NCBI GenBank assembly: GCA_031378375.1
Contig: JANNEF010000105.1
Span: forward strand, 693-64,692
Direction of reading: 5' to 3'
Length of the DNA: 64,000 nucleotides
DNA from: Verrucomicrobiota bacterium
Lineage (GTDB): Bacteria; Verrucomicrobiota; Verrucomicrobiia; Limisphaerales; JANNEF01
Made by a program: the position numbers and the translations under genes. The notes under the pieces are model-generated. The model did not search any database and had not been told where the DNA came from. It saw only the letters and a program-made list of their open reading frames with translations. Positions 26,790 through 36,700 of this stretch are shown in pieces; positions within the stretch are counted from its first letter, which is position 1, and every line of letters begins with the position of its first letter.

Positions 26790-28685
26790 ATGCGCTTTGA
26801 ACATCCCGAACTGCTGTGGTTCCTCCTGCTCGCCGTGCCGGCGCTGACCGCCTTTCTCTGGTGGGCCTGGCGGCGGAAGCGGGCGCTTATCGCGCAGTTC
26901 GTCCGGTCGCGGTTGCTGGCGAACCTCACAGTGGGCGTTTCGACCACGCGGCAAAAAGCGCGGCTGGCTTTGCTCGTCGCCAGCGTCGCGCTGCTCATCG
27001 TGGCGCTGGCGCGGCCCCAGTGGGGTTTCGACTGGGAGGAGGCGCGGCAGCGCGGGCTGGACATCATCGTGGCGATTGACACCTCGCGCAGCATGCTGGC
27101 CGAGGACGTCGCGCCCAACCGCCTGGAGCGCGCCAAACTCGCCGCGATGGATTTGAAAAAACTCGCGCGCATGGACCGGCTGGGCCTGGTCGCCTTCGCC
27201 GGCAGCGCCTTCCTGCAATGCCCGCTCTCCACCGACGACGAGGCGTTCCGCCAAAGCGTGAACGCGCTCGATGTGAACATCATTCCCCAGGGCGGCACGG
27301 CGCTGGCGGAGGCAATCCAGTCGGCCTTGAGCGCCTTCAAGGAAAAGAGCGACAACCACAAGGTGCTCGTGCTGTTCACCGACGGCGAGGATCACGACGG
27401 CAGCGCCCTGGCCGCCGCCAAACAGGCGGCGAAGGACGGGCTGCGCATCTTCACCGTCGGCGTGGGCACGCCGAACGGCGAGTTGCTGCGCCTCCCCGGC
27501 TCGAAGGGGCGGAGCGAGTTCATCAAGGATACGTCGGGCAACGTGGTGAAGTCGCGGCTGGATGAGCAGTTGCTCCGGCAGATGGCGCAGTCGGCGGAAG
27601 GATTTTACCTGCTCCTGAGCGGAGCCAACACGATGGATGTGCTCTACGAGCGCGGCCTGGCGCCGCTGCCGAAGGCGGAGTTCTCGGCCAAGCGGGTGAA
27701 GCGCCCCCACGAGCGTTACCAATGGCTGCTGGGATTGACGATGGTGCTATTGTTGGTCGAGATGTTTTTGCCGGAACGAAAGATCGCACGAGACGCCGGG
27801 GTGATGACCGAAGGCGGCGTCAGCGCCGGACTGCCGAAGGCGGTCGCGCTGTTGCTGCTGCTCGCGTGGCCGGGATTCGCCACCGCCTCGCCTGCCGGCG
27901 CGTTGAAAAAGTACGAGAACGGGAAATACGAGTCGGCGCTGCTGGAATATCAGCGGCTGATCAAGAAGAAGCCCGGCGATCCGCGGCTGGAATTCAATGC
28001 GGGCGCGGCGGCGTATCAGGCGCAGGATTTCCAGGAAGCGTTGAAGCACCTGAATTCCTCGCTCCTCACTCCCGATGTGCCGCTACAGCAGCGCGCCTAT
28101 TACAATCTCGGCAACACGCAGTATCGGGTGGGTGAGGACGCGGCCGAACCACAGAAAAAGCAGGAAGTGTGGGAACAGGCGGTGACGAGCTACGAGAGCG
28201 CGCTCAAACTGAACCCGGCGGACGAAGACGCGAAGTTCAACCTCGACCTGGTGAAGACGAGGCTGGAGGAACTCAAGAAGCAGCAGCAACAGCAGCAGTC
28301 CAAGGATGGCAAGGACGACAAGGACAAAAAGGGCGATCAGAAGAAGGACGAGCAATCCAAGAACGACCAGAAGCAGGACGGAAAGAAGTCCGACGAGCAG
28401 AAACAGCAGGAGCAGCAAAAACAGGAACAGCAGAAGCAGCAGGAGAATCAGGAGGCGAAGAAAGACGGGCAGAAGCAGGACGAACAAAAACAGGCGCAAC
28501 AGAACCAACCCGACGACAAATCAGACAAACCGGAAGACGCCCAGGCTGGCCACACGATGATGGTGCGGATGACCCCGAAGGAAGCGCAACAGTTGCTCGA
28601 CGCGCAGAAGGGCGAGGAGAAGGCTATGATTTTTCAGCCACAGTTGAAGACCAACCGGAACGAGCGCGTGTTCAAGGACTGGTGA
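26790..28685 (+). CDS. batB: VWA + TPR membrane protein (BatB/BatC-type fusion) with Lys/Gln/Glu-rich tail
   Basis: 631 aa. Starts MRFEHPELLWFLLLAVPAL and has a VWA MIDAS motif (DIIVAIDTSRSM, LFTDGEDHDG). It also has a TM segment, TPR repeats (YENGKYESALLEYQRLIKKKP, AYYNLGNTQY) and a ~90-aa K/Q/D/E low-complexity region. Confidence 0.88.
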   Translation: MRFEHPELLWFLLLAVPALTAFLWWAWRRKRALIAQFVRSRLLANLTVGVSTTRQKARLALLVASVALLIVALARPQWGFDWEEARQRGLDIIVAIDTSRSMLAEDVAPNRLERAKLAAMDLKKLARMDRLGLVAFAGSAFLQCPLSTDDEAFRQSVNALDVNIIPQGGTALAEAIQSALSAFKEKSDNHKVLVLFTDGEDHDGSALAAAKQAAKDGLRIFTVGVGTPNGELLRLPGSKGRSEFIKDTSGNVVKSRLDEQLLRQMAQSAEGFYLLLSGANTMDVLYERGLAPLPKAEFSAKRVKRPHERYQWLLGLTMVLLLVEMFLPERKIARDAGVMTEGGVSAGLPKAVALLLLLAWPGFATASPAGALKKYENGKYESALLEYQRLIKKKPGDPRLEFNAGAAAYQAQDFQEALKHLNSSLLTPDVPLQQRAYYNLGNTQYRVGEDAAEPQKKQEVWEQAVTSYESALKLNPADEDAKFNLDLVKTRLEELKKQQQQQQSKDGKDDKDKKGDQKKDEQSKNDQKQDGKKSDEQKQQEQQKQEQQKQQENQEAKKDGQKQDEQKQAQQNQPDDKSDKPEDAQAGHTMMVRMTPKEAQQLLDAQKGEEKAMIFQPQLKTNRNERVFKDW

Positions 28686-28712
28686 GGCGCGCGAACGGCG
28701 CGAGCGCATCCA

Positions 28713-28743
28713 ACAAAAAAGCAGGCCATTGCCGGCCTGCTTT
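28713..28743. terminator. Bidirectional intrinsic terminator between batB and rplI
   Basis: Stem AGCAGGCC (28719-26), loop ATTGCC, stem GGCCTGCT (28733-40). The hairpin is preceded by AAAAAA and followed by TTT. Read on the minus strand it is followed by TTTTTTG, a good terminator for rplI. Confidence 0.7.
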
Positions 28744-28775
28744 ACGAAATCAATCGGTAAAGGAAATCAATACGG

Positions 28776-29435
28776 CTACGCCGGCTTCTCGGCCTTCGCG
28801 GGTTTTTCTCCCTTGGCAGGCTTGTCAGCAGCGGCGGCGGCCCGGGCGGGGCGTTCCGGCTTTTCACCCCTGGCCGGCGCCGGTCCCCGGTCGTCAAAGC
28901 GGTGGCCGCGTTTCTCGGTGCGCTGGGCGGTTTCCCTGGCTTTGACTTCGGCGGCGGCGGCTTCCAGTTGCGCGATCGGCGTGGTGCTCTCAACGCGCAC
29001 TTTGAGCGTGCTGGTGACATCGGGATGCAGGCGCAACTCCAAATTGTAGTCACCCGTCGCCTTGATGGGGTGCTCCAGGTGGATTTTCTTTTTGTCGAGC
29101 GTGATGTCAAACTGGTGCTTGAGTTCGTCGGCAATCGCGCCGGTGGTGACGGAGCCGAAGAGCTTGCCGTCGTCGCCGGTCTTGACCTTCACGATGCAGG
29201 TGAGCTTGGAAATGCTCTTGGACAGTTCGCTCATGCTGTTCAATTCGTTCGATTCCCGCTCGGCGCGGCGCTGGCGCAGGGCTTCGATGCGGCGTTTGTT
29301 GGCGCCGGTGAGCGGGATGGCCAGGTGCTGCGGCAACAGATAGTTGCGGGCATAACCGGCGGCGACTTTGACCTGATCGGACTCGGCACCGAGGCCGACA
29401 ATGTTGCTGATGAGGATGACTTCGATTTTTGGCAT
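28776..29435 (-). CDS. rplI: 50S ribosomal protein L9 with ~70-aa Ala/Lys/Glu/Pro-rich C-terminal extension
   Basis: MPKIEVILISNIVGLGAESDQVKVAAGYARNYLLPQHLA is the L9 N-domain. The L9 C-domain follows, and then a low-complexity tail (...AAAADKPAKGEKPAKAEKPA). Confidence 0.92.
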   Translation of the reverse strand: MPKIEVILISNIVGLGAESDQVKVAAGYARNYLLPQHLAIPLTGANKRRIEALRQRRAERESNELNSMSELSKSISKLTCIVKVKTGDDGKLFGSVTTGAIADELKHQFDITLDKKKIHLEHPIKATGDYNLELRLHPDVTSTLKVRVESTTPIAQLEAAAAEVKARETAQRTEKRGHRFDDRGPAPARGEKPERPARAAAAADKPAKGEKPAKAEKPA

Positions 29436-29480
29436 AAGATTGAGTTGCGTGGCGCGTGAAAAACGCCTGGTTGAATGTGC

Positions 29481-29939
29481 TTAAAACGGCACGTCGTCGT
29501 GTTCGGGCGGCGGACCAGAATCGTCAGGCGCGGGAGCCGAGGCGACCGGCGCAGCAGGCGCAGCGGACGCGGATCGCGTTGCCGGAGGATTGGCTGAGTC
29601 AGTGCGGTTGGAGTCGAGGAAGGAAAAGGATTCGAGAACGACGCCGAGCTTACTGCGCTTCTGACCGGTTTGCTTGTCGTCCCAAGTGTCGTACTTGAGC
29701 CGGCCTTCGACCAGTATGGGCCGGCCTTTCTTGAAGTACTGAGCAATCACTTCACCCTGTCGCGCGAACGCATCAACGTCAACAAAAGCCACATCCTCCT
29801 TCTTTTCACCGGCCTCATTGGTCCAAGTACGACTGACGGCCATTCCGATACGGCAGATAGCCGTGCCTTTGGGCGTGTAGCGCAATTCGGGATCGCGGGT
29901 CAGGTTCCCCACGAGAATGACTTTGTTGAAACTGGCCAT
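29481..29939 (-). CDS. ssb: Single-stranded DNA-binding protein
   Basis: 152 aa with an OB fold (NKVILVGNLTRDPELRYTPKG), a Pro/Ala-rich linker and the acidic tip DDVPF. Confidence 0.93.
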   Translation of the reverse strand: MASFNKVILVGNLTRDPELRYTPKGTAICRIGMAVSRTWTNEAGEKKEDVAFVDVDAFARQGEVIAQYFKKGRPILVEGRLKYDTWDDKQTGQKRSKLGVVLESFSFLDSNRTDSANPPATRSASAAPAAPVASAPAPDDSGPPPEHDDVPF

Positions 29940-29949
29940 ACTGGTCGGG

Positions 29950-30270
29950 TCAGGCGGAGACCGGTGCGGTCACAGGTACGGGCGGCGCGGCGATGCTGAA
30001 CAGCACGCGGAAAATGTCCTCGTTCAGGGCCAGTTGCTTGCGCAGGGGCACGATGGACTCGGGTTTGCCTTGGAAGATGACGTTCACATAAAAGCCGGCG
30101 GTGTACTTCTTGTCGGCGACGCGCGTGAAGTGGCGCTTCTCCATTTTCTGCACCGTTTCAACTTTGCCGCCGGTGGCGACGATTTCCGCCGAAATCTTGT
30201 CGATGGTTTCTTTTATGCCCTCTTCGCGGGCCGTGTTGTTCAAAATAAACAAGCCTTCGTATCGTTTCAC
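29950..30270 (-). CDS. rpsF: 30S ribosomal protein S6
   Basis: 106 aa. MKRYEGLFILNN... fits the S6 pattern, and the gene lies upstream of ssb as in the canonical rpsF-ssb cluster. Confidence 0.88.
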   Translation of the reverse strand: MKRYEGLFILNNTAREEGIKETIDKISAEIVATGGKVETVQKMEKRHFTRVADKKYTAGFYVNVIFQGKPESIVPLRKQLALNEDIFRVLFSIAAPPVPVTAPVSA

Positions 30271-30313
30271 TCAGATGCCTTTGTTAAATCGTTAGTTTTC
30301 AAATCGTTAACCG

Positions 30314-30898
30314 TCAGTTCCGCTCGAGGCCGTTGAACTGGTTCATCGCCCGCGCGATCCCGTCGCGCAACCAGCATTCAACCTGATCCGCCGCGCGGGT
30401 CAAAACTTTTTCCAGCAATTCCGCTTCCGCCGGACTGAATGGCGCCAGCACATGCCCCGCAATTTCACGCGATGCCGGCTCGTTCCGCCCGATGCCCACT
30501 CGCAGTCGCGGAAACTCCCGCGTCCCCAAGTGCTGCACCAGCGAATCCAATCCGTGGTGGCCACCACTACTGCCGCTCGGCCGGAGCCGCAACTCGCCAA
30601 ACGGCAGATCCGCGTCGTCCACCACCGCCAGAATTTTTTCCGGCCCGACGTGGTAAAACGTCCCTACCGCTCCAACCGCCTCACCGCTCGCGTTCATGAA
30701 GGTCTCTGGCTGGCACAACACCAGTTTGCGACCGTCACGCTCTAAACGCGCCAGGCGGGCATTGAACTTTCTCTCGGTCTGCCACGACGCCTGCCATCGC
30801 TGGGCCAGCCGGTCCAGGACCAAAAAACCGGCGTTGTGCCGCGTGCGGGCGTATTGGCGACCGGGGTTGCCCAGTCCCACAATGAGAAATAAATCCAT
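30314..30898 (-). CDS. pth: Peptidyl-tRNA hydrolase
   Basis: 194 aa with VGLGNPGRQYARTRHNAGF and GGHHGL. Confidence 0.93.
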   Translation of the reverse strand: MDLFLIVGLGNPGRQYARTRHNAGFLVLDRLAQRWQASWQTERKFNARLARLERDGRKLVLCQPETFMNASGEAVGAVGTFYHVGPEKILAVVDDADLPFGELRLRPSGSSGGHHGLDSLVQHLGTREFPRLRVGIGRNEPASREIAGHVLAPFSPAEAELLEKVLTRAADQVECWLRDGIARAMNQFNGLERN

Positions 30899-30928
30899 GC
30901 AGGACTTCCCGACCGATCCGCGCGGCGG

Positions 30929-31702
30929 CTATTTTTTCTTCTCGGCTTTTTTCTCGCCGCCGGCTGCCTTGTCCGCGCCTGCCGCCGGGGCTTTTTCGCC
31001 CGCTTTCGCCGCCGGGGCCTTCTCGCCTGCCTTGCCGGCTGGCGCTTCGCCCTCGCCATCCTTCTTCTCTTTGATCATTTCCACATCGCCGGCAGTGGTG
31101 GAACCTTCCGCCTCGGCAGCCGCTTCCTGCTCCTCAGTCACGGGTGCCGCGACCGAGATGACGGAAATGTGTTTGTCGCCTAGAATTTCCACGCCCTCCG
31201 GAGCCTTGATGTCGCCGATGTGAATGGCCTTGCCAATTTCCAAGTGCGACACGTCCACGAGCAGCACCTCCGGCAAATCCTTGGGGAGCGCGCATACCTT
31301 GACCTTGAACAGGACGTGTTCGAGCACGCCGCCGCCGTTCTTGACGCCTGCTGCCTCGCCGACCGTTTCGACGGGCACCATGACGGTGACTTTTTCGGTC
31401 TCGGACACTTCGTGCAAATCCACATGCAGCACATGGCCGCTCAACGCATGGTGCTGCACTTCCTTGACCAGCGCCAGGCGCTTGGGCCGTGCGTCCTGAT
31501 CAATCGCCAGGTCCACCAGCACGTTTTCCGACGCGGAATGGTGGATGAGGTTCAGCAGATCCTTGTTGTTGACCTCAAGGTTCTGCGGCTTGGTCTGGCG
31601 TCCGTAGATGACCGCCGGAACGCGGCCCGTGGCGCGGAGTTTCTTGGAACCCGGGCGCCGCGTGAGCGTCCGTGGATACGCAGTCAAAGGGACAGATTTC
31701 AT
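30929..31702 (-). CDS. rplY: 50S ribosomal protein L25 / general stress protein Ctc, with Lys/Ala/Glu-rich tail
   Basis: Track ORF trimmed to the ATG at 31702 (MKSVPLTAYPRTLTRRPGSKKLRATGRVPAVIYG). The Ctc-type two-domain body is followed by the tail ...GEKAPAAKAGEKAPAAGADKAAGGEKKAEKKK. Confidence 0.88.
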   Translation of the reverse strand: MKSVPLTAYPRTLTRRPGSKKLRATGRVPAVIYGRQTKPQNLEVNNKDLLNLIHHSASENVLVDLAIDQDARPKRLALVKEVQHHALSGHVLHVDLHEVSETEKVTVMVPVETVGEAAGVKNGGGVLEHVLFKVKVCALPKDLPEVLLVDVSHLEIGKAIHIGDIKAPEGVEILGDKHISVISVAAPVTEEQEAAAEAEGSTTAGDVEMIKEKKDGEGEAPAGKAGEKAPAAKAGEKAPAAGADKAAGGEKKAEKKK

Positions 31703-31736
31703 AATAAGTTTCTTTCGACGGCCCGGCGAACCAGCT

Positions 31737-32681
31737 CTAGCTCGTGCGCCCGCCCTTAAATTCAAACAGCGAAGACACCGACGAATTGCTCTCAATCCGC
31801 TTGATGGCTTCGCCCAACAAGCCTGCCACCGACAGGGTGGTTATGTTCACCCCTTCAATCGCAGGGCGGAGGACAGTATCAGTCGTGATGAGTTCGTCAA
31901 TCTTTGATTTTCGAAGTCTTTCGACCCCCAAATCGCTCAATAAAGCGTGCGAAACACACGCGATGATCTTTCTGGCCCCCTTCTGCTTGAGCAACACCGA
32001 CGCCGCCGTCAACGTGCCCGCCGTCTCCGTCAGGTCATCCACCATCAACACGTTCATGCCGCGCACTTCGCCGATGATGGCCATGGACTCGACTTCCTCC
32101 GCGCTCTTCCGGCGTTTGGCGACAATGGCCAGGCCTGATTTCAAAACCTGCGAATAAGCGTGCGCCATTTTCAACCCGCCCACGTCCGGGCTGACGACGA
32201 CGAGCTTCGGCAACGCCTTCTTTTTCAAATACTCGTACATCACCGGCGCGGCGTAGAGATGGTCCACCGGGATGTCGAAGAAACCCTGTATCTGCTGCGC
32301 GTGCAGATCCATCGTGAGCACGCGATTGGCCCCGGCGGCGACCAGCAGGTTGGCCACGAGTTTGGCCGTGATGGGCACGCGCGGCTGATCCTTGCGGTCC
32401 TGGCGCGCGTAACCGTAAAACGGCAGCACCGCCGTGATGCGATCCGCGCTCGCCCGGCGCAGCGCGTCAATCATGATGAACATCTCCATCAAGTGATGGT
32501 TCGAGGGCGGACTGGTGGACTGCACGAGGAACACGTCCTCGCCGCGCACGTTCTCCTCGATCTTCACGAACGTCTCGCCGTCCGGAAACGCGCTAACCGT
32601 GGACTTGCCCAGTTCCATGCCGATGGACGCCGCGATGGCGCGGGCCAGGGGCAGATTGGAATTGCCGCTAAAGATTTTCAC
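31737..32681 (-). CDS. prs: Ribose-phosphate pyrophosphokinase
   Basis: 314 aa with a GTG start. Has FPDGE, LPFYGYARQDRK, DLHAQQIQGFF and VSPDVGG. Confidence 0.94.
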   Translation of the reverse strand: MKIFSGNSNLPLARAIAASIGMELGKSTVSAFPDGETFVKIEENVRGEDVFLVQSTSPPSNHHLMEMFIMIDALRRASADRITAVLPFYGYARQDRKDQPRVPITAKLVANLLVAAGANRVLTMDLHAQQIQGFFDIPVDHLYAAPVMYEYLKKKALPKLVVVSPDVGGLKMAHAYSQVLKSGLAIVAKRRKSAEEVESMAIIGEVRGMNVLMVDDLTETAGTLTAASVLLKQKGARKIIACVSHALLSDLGVERLRKSKIDELITTDTVLRPAIEGVNITTLSVAGLLGEAIKRIESNSSVSSLFEFKGGRTS

Positions 32682-32703
32682 AAAGAGTCAAACCGCGTTC
32701 CGG

Positions 32704-32733
32704 TAAAAATAAAAAGACCACCGCGAAGGTGGC
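32704..32733 (-). terminator. Terminator-like hairpin + U-run in the prs 5' leader (possible attenuator)
   Basis: Minus-strand RNA GCCACC-UUCGC-GGUGGU followed by CUUUUUAUUUUU, ending ~23 nt upstream of the prs GTG. The stem is short (5 bp plus a G-U pair), so confidence is low. Confidence 0.35.
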
Positions 32734-33052
32734 GAATTGCGTCAGGACTCTAACCATGACCCCAAGTGGCGCAAGGGGAATCTTGGCAAATCAACGCGCC
32801 TCTCGTCAGCAATCCCGTCCTTGACGGCACGCTCCCGCTTGCCATAAAGGATCAATCACAGCCATTGACCCATCAATGATCACGTCCAGGCAAAAATCAG
32901 TGCTGAATAGTGATTTCATCGTCAAGGCGTTCCGCCTGTTCGTGAGCATGGACAAGATGGTGGGCAGGCAGTTCGAGGAAGAATTGGCGGCGATCAAGGT
33001 GATCGAGGAAATGCCGCCCATGCCGTATCACTAAAACCGAAACCGAACGACT

Positions 33053-33595
33053 ATGGAAACACTCCGTCTGCAACTGCGCCCGTTTTCGCCCGGTCATTGG
33101 CTGGCTTTGATCGAGGGGGAAGAGGAGTTTCACCGCAGCTTCGGACTGCGCGCAGCGGAGGGTTTGCGTGCGCTCATCACGTCGGGAGAGGTTTCCCCCG
33201 CCTGGCTCGCACAACTCCGGGAGGCGAAAACGGCCGACCCGTGGGTTCACGGTTTCGCGGTCGTCGCATGCGCGGGCAACCTGGTCATCGGCACCGCGGG
33301 CTTCAAGGGGCCGCCGGACGAGGCGGGAACGGTGGAGATTGCCTACGGGATTGCTCCGGCGCACCAAGGCCAGGGTTTTGCCACGGAAGCGGCCGGCGAA
33401 CTGGTTGCCTTCGCGTTCCGCGACCCCCGGGTGCGGCTCGTCAGCGCGCACACGCTGCCGACCAACAACGCCTCGACCCGCGTCCTGACGAAGAACGGAT
33501 TCCTCAAGATTGGTGAAGTGATCAATCCCGAGGATGGGTGTGTCTGGCGATGGGAACAACCCAGGAGCCGGATGGAAGCGCCCGCGCACCGATGA
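33053..33595 (+). CDS. GNAT-family N-acetyltransferase (RimJ/RimL-like)
   Basis: 180 aa. The acetyl-CoA loop QGQGFATEAAGELVAFAF and the segment TLPTNNASTRVLTKNGF are typical of Acetyltransf_3-type GNATs. Confidence 0.82.
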   Translation: METLRLQLRPFSPGHWLALIEGEEEFHRSFGLRAAEGLRALITSGEVSPAWLAQLREAKTADPWVHGFAVVACAGNLVIGTAGFKGPPDEAGTVEIAYGIAPAHQGQGFATEAAGELVAFAFRDPRVRLVSAHTLPTNNASTRVLTKNGFLKIGEVINPEDGCVWRWEQPRSRMEAPAHR

Positions 33596-33764
33596 TCTGG
33601 ACGGGATACCATTCTACCAGCGGAGGCTCACGCGTGTGGAGAGGCAGGCGGACTTGGACGTGGCGGGGTCGGTGACACAACGCTTAGTCCTCAACGCGTG
33701 AAGTCCACGACAGCCGCTTTCACCAACCGAAGGCACTTCCGCCGCCATCGACAGCACCGCCGGT

Positions 33765-36700
33765 CTATTCCTTGGTGATGGCTTCGTCGAGGTTCAGCAA
33801 CACGCGGCTGACAACGGTGTAGGCGGCCAGTTGCGCGGGCGTGACGCCTGGAGGCAGATTCTTGGGCAACTCGCTCGCACCGGTGGCGATCTCATTCGGG
33901 TTCAACCAGCCCTCGCCGAGGCGCTGGCGCTGTTTGTCCAGAAGTGAAAGCAATTCCTTGCGCTCCTCGTCGGCGGGCGGGCGGGCGAGAACGCGGCGGA
34001 AGGCGTAGGTGACGCGCTCGGCGTCGGTCTTGCCGCCCTCGGCGAGAGTGCGACGGGCCAGGGTTTGCGCGCATTCGACAAACATCGGCTCGTTCAGCGA
34101 AACGAGCGCCTGGAGCGGCGAGTTGGAGCGGAGACGGCGCACGCAAGCCTGGTCGGCGTTGGGCACGTCGAAGGTTTGCAACACCGGATAGGGCGTCGAC
34201 CGGCGGCGAAACGTGTAGAGGGCGCGGCGATATTTCTCGGCGCCTTCCTCGTCCTTCCAGGGAAACGGCGCGTAGCTGGCGGGCGGCTGGAAGATGAACG
34301 CGGGCGCGGGCGGCATCACGCTGCGTCCGCCAATTTTCGGATTGAGCAGGCCGCTGGCGGCCAGCGCAATGTCACGCACGATCTCGCCCTCGACCCGGAA
34401 ACGCGGACCGCGCGCGAGGAGGCGGTTGTAAGGATCGCGCTCGTGGAGTTCCGGGGTGACGCGGCTGCTCTGGCGGTAGGCGGCGCTGTTCACGATGAGC
34501 CGGTGGAGGTGCTTCACACTCCAGGGGCGTGATGCGTGATGCGTGATGCGTGCAGTCGGCTCCATGAACTCGCACGCCAGCCAGTCGAGCAACTCTGGAT
34601 GGCTCGGAGCCTCGGCCTGGGTGCCAAAGTCCTCCGAGGTGCTGACCAGACCGAGGCCGAAGTAGGCCTGCCAGACGCGGTTCACGAACACGCGCGCCGT
34701 CGTCGGCGATTTCCCGTCGGCGAGCCATCGGGCGAACGTCAGACGTGTCGGCGGCGCGCCGCTGGGGAGTTGATGCAACACCGCCGGCACCCCGGGCGTG
34801 ACGGGCTTGGTGGGCTTGAGCCAGTCACCACGCTTGAGCACGCGGGTGTCGCGCGACTCTTCGCGCGTCAGCAACGTGAGGGCGGTCGCGCCGGCGGGCC
34901 AGTCGTTCATCAAGGCATCAATCTTTGCATTCGCCTCCTTCCACTCCGGGACGGTCGCGCGCCAATGGCTGAACACGGCGGCGGTTTGCGCGGGCGTGCG
35001 CTGGCCACGGGGAACATGCTGGATGATTTCGCGAATATTTCTTGGAAGCGGATCGACGGCGAGGTTGGTGGCGGCTGTCGTCACACTGAGGCGGAAGCGA
35101 CCGAGGTTGTTGTTCATGTGGTCGTCGCTGTTCCAGCCGCCGTGGTTTTGCTGGAGGCCGAGGCGCCACACCGTGCCATTGGTGAAACCCACCGGCTGGT
35201 CCGCGACGAAGACGGCCTTGCGCTCCTGGTTGCGGCGACCGGGACCGGCGTCGATGCCCCAGGCCGTGTCGCCCTTGCCATCAATGGCGAAGGCGATGGG
35301 ACCGGTGACGCGGGCGTTGGTGGACTTGTCATCGTAGTTGGTTTCGAGTTTGCGCTCGGGCTGGCTGTAGTCGGCGGTGGCGGCGGCCCATTTCACTTTC
35401 ACCTTGTTCGTCTTGTTCTGCACGTCGCCGGCCTCAACCTGAAACTCGCTGAGCGCGCAAGTCCCCATGAACGAACGACCCGGCCCGCCAAAGGGGAGAT
35501 TCGGATCGTTCAGGTATTCGAGGCGAAAGGCCGTGACGCCGGAGAGATTGTTCGTGAGACGGAACCATTGCGTGAACTTCGTCGGTGCGTAGCCCTCGGC
35601 CAGCAGCGAACCATCCTTCAGAAACTGGTAACGCTGCGACTTGTCGCCTTCCGGGTCGAGCTCGTGCAGCACGGTCCATTCGGGCTGGTTGGCGGTAACT
35701 TTCTTTTCCCACGCCGCCATGCGCTCCTCCCAGTCGGGCGCGCGATGACGGAGATCGCTTTCAATCTCCGCGATGCCGCGATGGATGCCGGCGACCCGCA
35801 TCTGCTCGTCTGGCGTGTACACGGCGGGCCGCGCCTCGTGGTCGCTGTTGATGAAGGCGAACATCCGGTAATACTCCTCCTGCGAGAGCGGATCGTATTT
35901 GTGGTTGTGGCACTGGGCGCACTGGATGGTGAGGCCAAGTATCGCTTTGCCGATGGCGTCCATGCGATCGAACATCGCATCCATGCGGAACTGCTCCGGG
36001 TCAATCGCGCCCTCCTGGTTGAGCATCGAGTTGCGGAGGAAGCCGGTGGCGACAAGCTGGTCCTGGGTGCGATTGGGAAGCTGGTCCCCCGCGAGTTGCT
36101 CGACGATGAACTGGTCGTAGGGCAAATCCTTGTTGAACGCGCCGATGACGTAATCGCGGTAGAAGTAAGCCTGGCGCGACATGTCCTTCTCGTAACCGTC
36201 GCTGTCCGCGTAGCGCGCGGCGTCAAGCCAGTGCCGACCCCACCGCTCGCCGTAATGCGGCGAACTGAGCAGGCGCTCAACTTGTTTCTGGTAGGCGTCC
36301 TTCGTTTTGTCAGCGAGGAAGGCGTCCACCTCAGCGGGTGTCGGCGGCAGGCCGACCAAATCCAGCGCGAGTCGGCGCAGCAACGTCGTTTTGTCGGGCT
36401 CGGGCGACGGTTTGAGTTTTTCCTTTTCCAACCGGGCGAGGACGAAGGCGTCAATCGGCGTGCGTGGCCAGTTCTGATTTTTGACCTTGGGCGGCGCGGG
36501 CCGGGCGGGCGGCGTGAAAGCCCAGTGCGGTCCCCTGGCCGCCTTGCTCAAGTTGTCAGGCCACTTCGCGCCTTGATCAATCCACGCGCGCAACAAGCCG
36601 ATTTGTTCCGCCGAGAGGCGTTCGCCTTTTTGAGGCATGACGTCATCCGGGTTCGCGCCGGTGACGAGCTGGATGAGATGGCTCCCGGCGCTGTTGCCTG

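Noticed and set aside
32850-32925. Possible degenerate CAGT-word element (…GATCAATCACA…AAATCAGTGCTGAATAGTGATTTC…)
   Set aside because: Only isolated words are present, with no clear tandem array or complementary arm. The resemblance may be chance in an AT-richer region.
32806-33021. 71-aa minus-strand ORF between prs and the GNAT gene
   Set aside because: The composition is odd (Ser/Ile/Cys-rich) and there are no motifs. It overlaps the alternative 52-codon plus-strand ORF and the candidate prs leader. Nothing favours it as coding.
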